From assembly GCF_001194135.2 (NCBI RefSeq), contig NC_068989.1, positions 76,857,505 through 76,891,321 on the forward strand: DNA of 33,817 nucleotides. The letters are read 5' to 3'. Under the pieces are notes generated by a model. That model had not been told where the DNA came from. It did no database searches and worked only from the letters and a program-made list of their open reading frames with translations. A program made the translations under genes and the position numbers. Positions 1-11,854 of this stretch are shown piece after piece; positions within the stretch are counted from its first letter, which is position 1; the number at the start of each line of letters is the position of its first letter. Source of the stretch: Octopus bimaculoides. Its lineage: Eukaryota.

Positions 1-26
1 ATATATATATATATATATACATATAT

Positions 27-67
<41 letters not shown>

Positions 68-93
68 TATGCATATACATATACATATATATG
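1..93. repeat. Compound (TA)n/(TACA)n microsatellite
   Basis: Direct reading: atatatatat...acatatacat repeats from the window start. Confidence 0.95.
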
Positions 94-2117
94 CATTCAT
101 AAAAAGCGAATACCTGGATTGGCTGATAGAACCCCCTTTAGCATTCGTTTCACCTTTCTTCGAACTTAGTCCAATTTATTTTCCAGAATTGTCTTACTCC
201 GCAGTCGATCGTATCTGATATGTTTCTCATAACGCACCACTTGCAGTATTTGTCCCACACCAAATTTAATTGATTCTCAAAAATGTTTCGTGTCAGTGTT
301 AATAACGTTAATGCACTTGTGTGGTCCCCACGTTGTATTAGACCGTGGACGTCTCTAAAATATATAACAATATATTAAAAGCTGTATATAAAAATTGAAA
401 CTTCCCCTTCCAAAATTTGCAACTACCTATGTATATACAATATGTTCGGGAACTACGCTTACAATTTGAAAAATTCAGAGAAACGAATGAGAAATACTCA
501 TAATCCAGTAGAGTTTATGGTAAAACATAGGGCAAACAAATAAAATTTTATCAGAAACATCTAATCGCTTCCACGTGGGCTCCATATGTTGTAAGGGATT
601 TTGCTTAATAGATATTAACTTTAATAGAAACAATGAATTGCAGAAATCGTAAATATATTTTACGAATATTCGGTATTAGAATCAATCTTCATAATACCGG
701 ATTAAAAGAAGCCACATTCACGCTGGTTGTTTTTGGAACCACAACGTGAAGCACACTGTATTTGCAGACTACCTAATATAATTTAACTAGTTCATAATGT
801 CCTACCTGCCCTACCTTTATAATCCCGTATCTACGTGAAACAAATATTCATAGAGGCATTTATATAATTTTTGCATTATGTATTAGGAAACTGCAGCACA
901 TATACAGTGGCTGCTTACTAATGCATAGCGCTTAACAAATTTAAATCATTATCTCGTAATTGAAGATGGAGGCAATATAGAAGACTTGTTGATCATTTTG
1001 ATATAAATATCCCGTAACTATTATTATTATTAATTTTCTTTTTAAGATTTATTCCACAACTCGTTCACTACAATTATATATTCTCTGTACATATTTTAAA
1101 AACCCGGAAAAGAGCGAATCGAACATGCTTCATTAATGGAAGTTAATAAGATCAAAACAGTCAGAAATTTTGCAGTCACTTTCCGTTATGTCTTTATTCA
1201 TAATTAATTTCAATTAACATTTCTCCAGTTGTCACCCATTCATTTTCTTGTCAAGAAGCAATCACTAATGTAATAATGTTTAAGTCTCTATTGACGAAAT
1301 ATTTCTAATCTATAACATTACTATGTTGCGGCCTCCATATGTAACTATAGAACCAAATCGATGGCATAATCTATTATGCACACATCATTTGCATTATTCA
1401 TAAGAAAATTGAATGATTACTATTTTATGCAAAGAAACAGAAAACATAATCTGTTAAAGATAAATTTATATTATGTCATTCGTGAGACAATGGCTAATAC
1501 ATAGTTGATATTAAATATGGTGCATATATTACTTCAAGTTCTGTTATGATTTTCAACCGATAGATAATACAGGCAATTTGAAGCATATATCTCATATTCC
1601 ATCGGACGATCGAATGGCTAGATTAGATTACTGTAATATTTGTTTAGAACTCACAAACCAGTGCTATTCTTATTCTAGAAGTGTGTTCAAATCTAGGCAT
1701 GTGGATTTCCTACGGCTATGAAAGTAAAAATGGAGCACAGTGTATTAAACTTTAGTAAGTTTTTCCCAACGATATTCTAAGGTTGCGCAAACATATTTAT
1801 GACAGGCAAATACATTACAAAAAAGTGGCATGCTTTATGGGAACGGGTATAATTCTTAAATCATCAATTTTGGTACAGACTATTGATGAATTAAATTTTG
1901 TCGAAACATACAATTTCAAATCAACTATTTAACCGTAAACTTCCTACAAAGTAACAGATTACAAAATAATCGCCAAAACTACCCCATTCTATTTATAAGG
2001 ATACTAATACTTATATCTGAAAAGTTCGTGTTTCTCTACGTTGAGAATGTTAGCGTTTACTTCGTTTATTCATAAAGTACGCGCGTATGTCTCACTGGCT
2101 ATCTTAAATACAGTACA

Positions 2118-2445
2118 GGCGCATGACTCAGTGGTTAGAACGTTGGGCTCAGAATAATGAGGTAGTGAGTTCTATACCCGGACCGGACTGTGTGTTGTGT
2201 CATTGCGCAAGACACTTTATTTCATGTTACTCCAGTTTACTCAGCTGTAGAAATGAGGTGTGACATCACTGGTGCGAAGCTGTATTAGCCTTTTCCTTTC
2301 CCTTGGATAACATTGATGGTATGGAGAGAGGAGGCTGTTATGCATGGGCCACTGCTGGTCTTCCATAAATAATCATGCGCGGACTTGGAGGGGAACCTTT
2401 TAGGTTGAATGTCATGGTCATTCATGACAGAAGGTGTTTTTTTCT
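2118..2445 (+). mobile_element. tRNA-derived SINE, family C, near full length
   Basis: tRNA-like head ggcgcatgactcagtggttag (A-box-like) and gagttctatacccgg (degenerate B-box), then tgtgttgtgtcattgcgcaagacactttatttc...ccagtttactcagctg. A degraded minus-strand homologue lies at about 6950-7085. Confidence 0.75.
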
Positions 2446-3039
2446 TTATTTGAGATATAATTAATCTGTGGATAAATACCATTTCTCATAATTAATACGT
2501 GACATAATGAAAAGAATCATTTAGTTATTCGCCAATACCAAAACTACGTTGGCAATAGCCACCTTCATTAATTGTTTGTGGTTATCTTTTACATATGATA
2601 CTTAGGGCATGTGTTTGTTGTTGAGTGAATGAATGATTTAGAAATTTTCGAAAGTGATTTTAGACACCAGTGAAATGTCGGTGAATAGGAATATTTCTAT
2701 GCGTTTAGGAATAATTTTGCTTTTATTTTATCACACAGCTTCTATTCTTCCATAGTTTGAATAGACAGTAACGTAAAATTTACAGTAATAATTCTAAACA
2801 TTTCAGTTGCTAATCAATAAACTGCAGGCGATATATAAACAAAAATACCCAATAATGAACCTCTAAATTTTGTTTGTAAATGTAACGTGTTCCATTCAAG
2901 ACGTATTTGAAGACAGAAGCTCTGTTTTATGTTGCCGTGCTTTATGATTATTGAAATATAATAGTCCATATAATTACGAAAAACGAAACCTGACGAAAAT
3001 GAGATGATAAGCATATAAAGGCGGCTGCGTAGCATAGAT

Positions 3040-3200
3040 ATCAGTGTGGCAATGTGGTAAAACGTTTGTTTCCCAACCACATGTTGAGGATTAAGTCCTA
3101 CTGCGTGGCACATGAGCGAGTGTATTCTACTATAGCCTCGAGCTCACCAAAGCTTAGTGGGTAGATTTGGTAGGTGAAAATTTTGAGCCCATCGAATATA
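3040..3200 (+). mobile_element. SINE family B, 5' half, ending in (TA)n
   Basis: gtggcaatgtggtaa...ccaaccacatg...ctgcgtggcacatgagcgagtgtattctactatagcc...gatttggtagg aligns with copies at 27183 and 29416 (gtggcaccttgggcaagtg..ttctac, a CORE-like motif). Confidence 0.75.
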
Positions 3201-3220
3201 TATATATATATATATATATA

Positions 3221-3494
3221 NNNNNNNNNNNNNNNNNNNNNNNNNNNNNNNNNNNNNNNNNNNNNNNNNNNNNNNNNNNNNNNNNNNNNNNNNNNNNNNN
3301 NNNNNNNNNNNNNNNNNNNNNNNNNNNNNNNNNNNNNNNNNNNNNNNNNNNNNNNNNNNNNNNNNNNNNNNNNNNNNNNNNNNNNNNNNNNNNNNNNNNN
3401 NNNNNNNNNNNNNNNNNNNNNNNNNNNNNNNNNNNNNNNNNNNNNNNNNNNNNNNNNNNNNNNNNNNNNNNNNNNNNNNNNNNNNNNNNNNNNN
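3221..3494. other. Assembly gap flanked by (TA)n
   Basis: Run of N. Confidence 1.
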
Positions 3495-3500
3495 TATATA

Positions 3501-3770
3501 GTGAATCCAAACATAGAAGAACGAATAAGAAAATAACAACAACACGAGGATGTGGTACAATTGCTGTGTTATCAGACACTCAGTAAAGGAAAGAAAAAGG
3601 ACTTTACGTTTCGAGCAAAGCTCTTCTTCAGAAATAGAGGAAATTCCAAAGGAAGGGAAGACGGAGGAAGGAAATCGCCAACGATACACACGTGGTTACA
3701 TTTTGAAATGACCGGAAGGGAATGGGTGAAGAGAAAGCTCTTTCTAAGACAAGAGAGTGCGCGAGGAGTT
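3501..3770 (-). mobile_element. Solo 3' terminal (pLTR-like) fragment of a Penelope-like element
   Basis: Contains a hammerhead core. Its terminal ~130 nt align by eye with the PLE end at 12358-12480 (shared gac[a/g]ctc, acaattg, atagaa and g[t]tgaa blocks on +). Ends at (TA)n. Confidence 0.7.
3601..3635 (-). ncRNA. Minimal type I hammerhead ribozyme motif (PLE type)
   Basis: Minus strand reads AUUU-CUGAAGA-A-GAGC-UUU-GCUC-GAAA-CG-UA-AAGU. All core nucleotides are present, with a 4-bp stem II, a 4-bp stem I (one G.U) and a palindromic ACGU minimal stem III. Confidence 0.7.
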
Positions 3771-3961
3771 ATGTGTGTGTATGTGTGGGTATGTGCGTAC
3801 ACGCAGGTCTGTGTGTGTAAAAATAGTATGTGTATGTGCGTATGTGTGCGTGTGTATGTGTGTGCATGCGTGAGTATGTGTATGTATGTGTGTGTGCATG
3901 TGTGCGTATGCGAGTTTGTGTGTGCGTGTATATGCGTGTGTGCTTATGGCCATGTGTGTAA

Positions 3962-4010
<49 letters not shown>
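3771..4010. repeat. Compound degenerate (TG)n followed by (TA)n
   Basis: Direct reading. Confidence 0.9.
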
Positions 4011-4011
<1 letters not shown>

Positions 4012-4057
4012 GCCCTAACTCTTCGAAACGCTTAGTTTTAAAATGGTGGCAGCTAAT

Positions 4058-4115
4058 NNNNNNNNNNNNNNNNNNNNNNNNNNNNNNNNNNNNNNNNNNN
4101 NNNNNNNNNNNNNNN
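4058..4115. other. Assembly gap
   Basis: Run of N. Confidence 1.
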
Positions 4116-4150
<35 letters not shown>

Positions 4151-4270
4151 ATGTGTGTGTGTGTGTGTTTGTGTCTGTGTCTTTGTCTGCCGCCATCACT
4201 TGGCAACCGGTCTTGGCGTGTTCCAGTATTTTGGCGGCCCGTCAAAATAATAAAAAAAAATAGTACAGAG
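4116..4270 (+). mobile_element. (TA)n(TG)n array plus SINE family B 3' half (partial)
   Basis: catcacttggcaaccggtcttggcgtgtt...ggcggcccgtcaaaa...agtac resembles the post-microsatellite segments at ~9600-9690 and ~27325-27405 (cttgacaac...gcgtttcggcaaaa...aagtac). Confidence 0.6.
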
Positions 4271-4754
4271 GACGATTCTGCTGACTAATAGTCGTGAAAT
4301 CGGTGCCTCGGCATCGCCGCATTCTAATGTCTGACAGATATTTCTTCAAAAGTTCATGCTCAAATGCTAGATATGCAAAAAATATTGCTTTAGTTACAAA
4401 AACAATAACAAATAAGTTCGTTGCTTTATAGACCTACAGAGAAACACTTGCACAATATGTGCATGCGTGACATACTGAGAGAATAGGAAAGAGGAAGAAA
4501 GATAGATAGAGGGATACATACAAATATAAAATTTATCAATCAACTCACTATAAATATACATAAAATTAATTTTTCAAGTACGCATAACTCAAGTGTATTC
4601 ATTCAGAAACTATCTATTTTCTGCGTCCTCCTTACGTTATAATTGCTTATATTTTAGGTTATTTTATTGTGATTATACATAATAGATTTACTTCTTAGAG
4701 TTGTACAATATAAGAGTTGCAAAATAATGCTACATCATTGAATTAATGTTAACT

Positions 4755-4757
<3 letters not shown>

Positions 4758-4788
<31 letters not shown>
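4758..4788. repeat. (TA)n microsatellite
   Basis: Direct reading. Confidence 0.95.
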
Positions 4789-4791
<3 letters not shown>

Positions 4792-6228
4792 TCAGATTTT
4801 AACAGCTTACTTTTATGATAATTTTTGTGCTGGTAGTCTGTAACGGATTGTGGTTCTTAAGCTGACAAAATAAAATGTCTAAATAATAATGGTGTATATT
4901 GCTTATATAACACAATCTATGTTTTTCGTTCGTTGTTTCTACATTTCTCTTAAATTACATTTCTGTTTTCTAAATCTATAATTTTAAATAAATTATCCGG
5001 TAAATTTCTTAATCACTTCCTCTCGACTGTAATTAAATTCTTGAGTGCATCGTGTATAGTGTATATTCTGAAAGAACTAAATTGGCCTCAGTTTTATTAG
5101 GCAGTCACTGAGCAATTTACTACTGGAATTATTACTGTTACTACATTTCTTTAGCTGTATGGAATTATTTTTATGTGAACTAAAATGATATAATACATTT
5201 TTAAATCCGATATTAAATCATTAAAATAGATATTTTTGGGTGTTATCGTATAATGTTTTCCATTCTAATATAGTGAATTAAAATTGCTATCATTTAATTC
5301 CATATTATATATAACGATATACTGAAATTACTTTTGTTTGAAACTTTTCTTTATGTTTTCTAAAAATTAGGTTTTGATAACCATTTAATAATATTACTTT
5401 AAACTACATAAGTAGTCTAATGGTGTTACGTTATAGGCATATAACTGACGCTCTTAGTCGAGTTCTCTCACTTAGAATTGATGTATGTTATTCTGATTAG
5501 GTTAATTAAATTTGTATGAGTTACAGCGGATTATATGTTATCCTTTAACGTTGATCTTATATTTGTGGAGCTTATTTGTCATTTCCAAAAATATTATTGA
5601 TAAAAATAGTCTTTATAGTCTTTTTACCTTTTTTCACATTCATCGTAAACGTGATTCTACCCCATTACTGAATTGAAAAGTATAATTGTTATGAATTGAA
5701 TTTATAGACGTTATTTGGAAAAAGTCAAGTTGTTTCTCATTGCCATTTTCTGATAATGCATCGAATAAATAATTTAAATATGTTTACTCCTGTACATGAT
5801 GCTAATATTGATATCACTATAGGTTTCATTATTTTAGAGATCACTATTTAGTTTCCTTTAAGTATATAATATGCTTTAAATTTTAAATAGCTATTTAGAT
5901 ATCATTATATTACTGATATACTAACAAATATTGTTTTGGAAAATTGTACTTGATATTTTGCAATAGGTTTCCATCAAATGTTTTAAACTACTTAGCATTT
6001 TTATTGCATGATGCTGCTTTCTAACTTGTTGTATATATATAAGCTCGTCGAAACGCCGGTGTTAAAACGTGGGTAGCTGATGAAGTAGAATGTTCTCTAT
6101 GTGGCTCGTGTGTTCTCGTCTACGTTTGTCTGCAATGTCCTGTACCCAGATATGCACCTATACATACAGGTGGATGTCGGTATGCACACACCTGTACGTA
6201 TATATGCATATACTCATTTACTATTTGT

Positions 6229-6229
<1 letters not shown>

Positions 6230-6266
<37 letters not shown>

Positions 6267-6268
6267 AT
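6230..6268. repeat. (TA)n(TG)n microsatellite
   Basis: Direct reading. Confidence 0.9.
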
Positions 6269-6612
6269 ACAGAAATGGATAGATGCATGTGTATAGGTGC
6301 AACACGGAATTTTGGCAGGGAAGAGATCCTGGTCTCAATGCGAAAAAGATATTTTGGCAAATTAGATTTAAATGCTGAAGAGAATCTAACGGTTTTTGCG
6401 TGTATCTTAAATGGCTTATAAGCACCTTCCACGCTGCAATTGTTTCATATATATATATATAAATTAAAATTAATGAAAGGAAATTCTAAGTATGTCTACC
6501 TGCTTGAAATAACAATCAAATCCCATTATTACATCGCCAAAGATACACTGAAATCAAACGACGGCAAATTCGGTTAAGACAATCTACTAACATACATTTA
6601 CGTATTTGGACT

Positions 6613-6666
6613 CACGTGGACCGGTTCCTGCACTGGCAAAATAAGCCTTAGCTTCTTCAGCATGCG
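6613..6666 (-). ncRNA. Degenerate type I hammerhead ribozyme relic
   Basis: Minus strand: CGCAUG-CUGAAGA-A-GCUAAGGC-UUAUUUU-GCCAGUGC-AGGAA-CCGG-UC-CACGUG. Stem I pairs at 5 of 6 positions, stem II is partly paired, and the GAAA box is mutated. Confidence 0.45.
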
Positions 6667-6949
6667 TTACCAAAATTAGAGATTCCCTAACTAGCGTTTT
6701 GAAGTCTGTGCTGCAACTGATTCGTTTTGCGCCGAAATCACAGCAGCCGCCAGGTTAAAATAATCTCGATACAATTTACGAGAAAAATAATTTACGAAAA
6801 ATTAACTATGCTTTCTAAAATATTGTTTTCGCTCACGTACTTGAGGCGAGCAGAGAAAAAAAACACTCACGAACCTAACATTTTTCACCCAGCTGAACCC
6901 CGGGCATATGAAAACCGTAAACAGCAAATGCTGCATCAGCACTCTGCCA

Positions 6950-7085
6950 GAATATATCTTTAGCAGAGTAAACTGGAAAAACAGGAAATTACGTTCCTTG
7001 CTCATGGGAATTACCTGCAACATGATCGGGGAATCAAACCCCTGATTTTGTGATCGGGAATCGGCATTTATATTTAATACCATTT
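6950..7085 (-). mobile_element. Degraded SINE family C 5' fragment
   Basis: Minus strand ggggtttgattccccga (B-box-like) and ccatgagcaaggaacgtaatttcctgtttttccagtttactctgct parallel the 2118-2445 copy. Confidence 0.45.
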
Positions 7086-8165
7086 CTTCAACGTGTTACT
7101 ATTAAGTTAACTTATCCTTCAGATATAAAAGTAGTTGCCTAGCCACTGCCAGAATAAATTTTGTATAAATTCCTCTTTAGAAAATTGCATACGTTTCAGA
7201 AAATGGTATTTGTGTATTGACTGTGATAAAATATTGTTTGGCTTTAGGTTATCGGTATAGCTTGACATTTGATCAGAAATATCATTAACCTTTTCACTGT
7301 ATCACTACTGCTGGCAAAAGTTTTAGAATAATGTGTCATTGTGAAATCATTCCGGTTCATGGTATGAAAAAGATTGATTATTAAATGGAAGATCACATTC
7401 TAGGAAGTATATTTGAATTGCAAGCTCCATATAATAAGAATAAAAGATTTTAATACTTGATAACGTATCACTAAATATATATCTTTAGGAGGAAACGCAC
7501 ACTCATATGCGCGCATTCATACATGTATACATAAGCACACACGCTCGTGAAAACACAGACACACACGTAAGTAATAGGAATCGCATATATATTTATTACA
7601 TAAGACACTTTTCTCTGAGTTTAGTGGCTTTCACATTTCATTTCTCTATGAGCGATATTCAGAAGCTAGTGAGGATAGGAATAGAGATAGAAGTACAGCA
7701 TCAAAGAATACATGCAGCTTTTAAGTGGAAGGCTAACACATATTAGAATTACAATGGTAATTGACAAAAAGAAAAGCAAAAAATTAAGAGACGTGAGAAT
7801 GAATATATCCAGCAGTGGTCCGCTTTATGCTAGGAAAATAGAGAAAGGAAAATATATTTCCTTCTTCATCTTATAATAATTGTACTACTGAATAAATATT
7901 TTACTTTATGATGTTTAGCAAGTTTTCTTCAGGATACATTACTAGAAGAGATGTCTTTCTTTCTTTGTTTAGAATAAGAATACTTCAATGAGAAGGGAAA
8001 TAACCGATACATGGAAACAAAAGCGCATACGCTAACTTACTCTCAGTTTAAAGTTATATTTGATATATGTAGTACATAAAAATAAATGTTAGACCACATG
8101 AATGAATATATTTATTTGATTCAAAGGTAAAATATATGATAATATTCCTTCAATAAATCTAATGT

Positions 8166-8372
8166 GGCTAGTTGGCGGAATCGTTAGCACACTGCGCAAA
8201 GTGCTTTAGCGCATTTCATCTGTCTTTTCCTTTTCTAAGTTCAAATTCCTCCGAGGTCGACATTGTCTTTCGGGGTTGAAAAAATAAATATCGGTTGAGC
8301 ACTGGAGTCTATGTAATGGACTTATCCCCTCTCCAAAATGTGCTGACCCTTTGCCAAAATTTGAAACCAATA
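8166..8372 (+). mobile_element. tRNA-derived SINE family A (Nin/Inv-domain-like)
   Basis: ggctagttggcggaatcgttagcac...aagttcaaattcctccgaggtcgac...tttcgggg...gagcactggagtc...aaaatttgaaacc; aligns with five other copies in the window. Confidence 0.85.
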
Positions 8373-9500
8373 TGTCTTCAATAAACTGATAAATATTTAG
8401 GGACCATAAACATACGCATATACTTAATACAGAGCAACGCTAACAAGAGCTGATATTTGAACATAAAAGCTATGATGATATAATCACTAATTTGCAACAA
8501 TAATGCATTATATGATGCGTAGATAATAACATGCTTGAAATCTAGAAGAACACAGTAGAATATAACCAGATATAACTGACTTCTTGAATTGCTATAAACC
8601 AATTTCATTAAATCCGTAATTGTATCAGTTTACATAATCAATTAAAGTTAATAGCCCCATTTATAATTTATGGTTTATTCGAACTTAAACTTGCTGTAGT
8701 TACTTTTAATTATATTATTAATACTCAAAATGAACTATTTAGCTACTAATTCAACCCTAGTATCCATTAATTTAATTCTGTCATGAGAAGTAGATTTTTT
8801 ACGACAGAGATTCAATATAGTACATGATATGCAACCAAAATTCTTTCACATTGTCACGACCATGTCAGACAATGGGTACCGATTGTTTTCTAAAATATAA
8901 GAGGATGGTGTGACATTTCGATATCGATTTTATAATATACACGACGTATTTTATCTGAACGATTTTCTTTCAACCTGATGGAAATAATGGACAAAACTTA
9001 CCCTAAATATAACACCACAATCTTCAAACACGAACACTTTAGATAATGTAGATCCAGAAGTGTTAAAGAAATGTAAAAGATGGGATGGTCAGGGCTGGAA
9101 TGTCTTTGCTCATATACCCTCTCGGTTTAGTAGGCGTATAATGAAAGACTTTTCAAATAACAGCAACAACAACAACAACCAGCGTCTATGTTCGTCGTCA
9201 TAAAAAAAATACAGTAATTAACAAGATGCCTACACGTTGTCTATCAGCATACGTTAAGTAGTTTTTTTATGACTAGCGTCTTAGTAATGGTGCTACATTT
9301 TGTAGAACTTGAGGTATAACGGTCGAACTGGATTTAAACAACAACAGATTACTTACAACTTCTAACCAGGGCGCATATGTCTTTTTAAAGGTGAGGATTT
9401 CCCTTGAAATTGACGCGAGCATAACACATCATGAAATAACATATTTACTATCATGATAGTTTGAAGAAAATGAAAAACTTTATAATATGCATATATCTAT

Positions 9501-9504
<4 letters not shown>

Positions 9505-9538
<34 letters not shown>

Positions 9539-9800
9539 TGTGTGTGTGTGTGTGTGCATGTGTGCGCGCGCGCGTGTGTGTGTGTTTGTGCAATATTCGT
9601 TCCCTTCACCGTTTGACAACAGTTGTTTGTGTGTTTCCGTTTTCATAACTTGACTGTTGAGGAAAAAGCGATCCATAAAATTAAGTACGAGGTTTAAATA
9701 TGAGTACAAGCGTGAAGTGAATTTATTCGACTAAACTCTTCCAAGCGGTTCCCCAGCACGGCCGAGGTTAAAAGACTGAAACAAGTAAGAGATAAAAGAT
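9505..9800 (+). mobile_element. (TG)n array plus SINE family B 3' half
   Basis: tttgacaacag...aagtac...ttcgactaa...ccagcacggccgagg...gactgaaacaagtaagagataaaagat parallels the 3' part of the 27183-27490 copy. Confidence 0.7.
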
Positions 9801-9989
9801 GTGCAAGAACAGTTGAATTGAGATGAACAATGGCTTTATGTATATACTATCACACCCACTTGTCTACAACTTGTGTCTTTCACCTCCAGTATCCTTTACA
9901 TAAAAAATTAACCATTTTTCATCATAATCCTACTCGTTCATTGTTGTCTCCTGATTCTTCACATTCTCGACTACTTCTTGCATTATAAT

Positions 9990-10290
9990 TCCCGTGAAAA
10001 TTCCTTTTAGCACCATCTTCTGTCTGTCTCTTCCCTATTCGTTTGATCTGACACTGTCTGTACTTGTATTTTGTTTTTCTGTTCACTTTCAAACGTGTTC
10101 TTAATATAATCTCGCATACTTTTTTCACCTGGTTACGACAATATAAACAAACTTGCTCCATCCCATCTACACCAGTCCCTCACTCAGTACAAACCCTCCA
10201 ATTTTTCTCTGGAACATTATTCATACCAGACATTCTAGAGTCTAAAACACGTGTATCAGTTGTTGTAGCATGACTCGTTACACAGCTGAA
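9990..10290 (-). mobile_element. Possible very old RTE-like LINE 3' fragment
   Basis: Scattered minus-strand blocks across frames (AV*RVMLQ, EK.., VKK, GRDRQK similar to RGRPRKTW) in the order expected for an RTE ORF end. Many stops; weak. Confidence 0.3.
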
Positions 10291-11149
10291 AATCTCCACA
10301 CAAGATGTACTAATCAAGTGAGATTCGAAACTGAAAATATCTGAAAATATAATTTGTGTTGTCATATGTTTTACAATTTCTTTATTTGATATTATATATA
10401 TAGTTCATTATCTTCTATGAAATCCCAAAATCTCCCGAGGTCGGCGAATTTCAAACGATTGTGAGACAGTAATGTGCTTTGTCTAGTTTCTGATTGTTTG
10501 TTAATCTAACTAAGATTTATTTCAAGACAGTTTTGGGAAATGTTGTTTGTGATTTGATTAAATTTCAAATAAACGAACACGTGAACTTGTTTAACGATAA
10601 AATCTGATAAGTTGTTTAGTTTGAAGTTAGAGAAGATGCATCGAGTTACTATCAGAAAAATTCAGTTTTATTTTTATTTTTCATTTTTTAACAATAACAT
10701 ATCTGTTGCTATCAAATAATGTTACGTATTTATTTGTACCTGAAAAAAATTCAAGATCTAGCAGTAAAATTCACCTTCAATTTGAGACTGAACGTTTTAA
10801 AAAATTTCTGTTAATAGGATTGAAACTAATCTTCGTATAAATTCCTTAATACCATCAAAACTTCAATACCAACGTTATATATAGTTGAATTTTATCAAGA
10901 CAGGTAGTACAATTTTGTTCAAGTTTTTTTGTTGCTGTTTTCCAATAAGTCTTTACATCACTTACGATATAACATTGTAATTTGGTTACTTAGCTGTATC
11001 TACTTATATTACCTACCTATTTATGTAAATACCGAGATATATAATTGGATAAAAACGCAAGTGCAATAAACATATTATGAACAAGATAGATATGCTTCTC
11101 TAAGATCAGTCTACATATCCAGAGAGAAATAAACCAAGGTGAAACATAA

Positions 11150-11365
11150 TATTTATTTCACAATTTGACACAAGCGCAGCAATTCCAGAGCAGTGAGAAA
11201 ATCGATTCCATCTACCCCCACAGCTCAGCTGGTACTCATTTTATCGACCCTGAGAGGATGAAAGTCAAAGTCGACATTAGTGGAATTTAAACTCACAAAG
11301 TGAGGAAAGACGAAATGCTGCTAAACAATTGTCCCGCGTGCTAACGGTTCTGCGATCTCGTCGTC
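11150..11365 (-). mobile_element. SINE family A, full length, diverged
   Basis: On +: ggtactcattttatcgaccctgagaggatgaaagtcaaagtcgac...gtgctaacggttctgc, the reverse complement of the family A body and head. Confidence 0.85.
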
Positions 11366-11378
11366 TTAGGACAAAAGA

Positions 11379-11578
11379 TAATACTGATTTCGAATTTTGG
11401 CACAAGACCGGCAATTTCAGCGAAGGAATAAGTTGATTGCATCGAACCCAGTACTAAAAACTAACATATTTTACGGATCCCGAAATGATGAAGGGCTAAC
11501 CAACCGCAGTAGAATTTGAACTCAGAACATGACGGACGAAATGTCGCTACGCATTTTTCCCGAAGTGTTAATGGCCAA
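11379..11578 (-). mobile_element. SINE family A, second copy, slightly 5'-truncated
   Basis: tttcgaattttggcacaagaccggcaattt...atcgaacccagtact...agaatttgaactcagaacatgacggacgaaatg. Confidence 0.8.
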
Positions 11579-11854
11579 TTTGTATATGTTTGTCTACCGT
11601 CAAGAAAATTGGAACCTGGCATTTCCGGAATTATTGAAAGTGAGACTAATATTTGTCATCTTGCATTTTAGCAAGCTATACGTTGTTATAATATGTCTAG
11701 TTCTCACTCGTTAATAATACAAATTAAGCTTCAATTATAAATTAGACTATGAAATTAATCACCAATCTCTGTGTAAGATAAATGATGTGGTTGTTATTTT
11801 TTACGTAAACCAGATAAAGAGACACACAAATACGCTCATATATATATATATATA

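Noticed and set aside
6041-6110. GAAAC-GCCGGT-GTT followed by CTGATGA, next to (TA)n: hammerhead words in type II order
   Set aside because: No stem I or stem II can be paired in any topology. At best a junction of two decayed motifs; not supportable without a family consensus.
8995-9040. Minus-strand G|GTAAGT donor with a short upstream open stretch (VFEDCGVIFR)
   Set aside because: In-frame stop shortly upstream, weak acceptor and no recognisable homology
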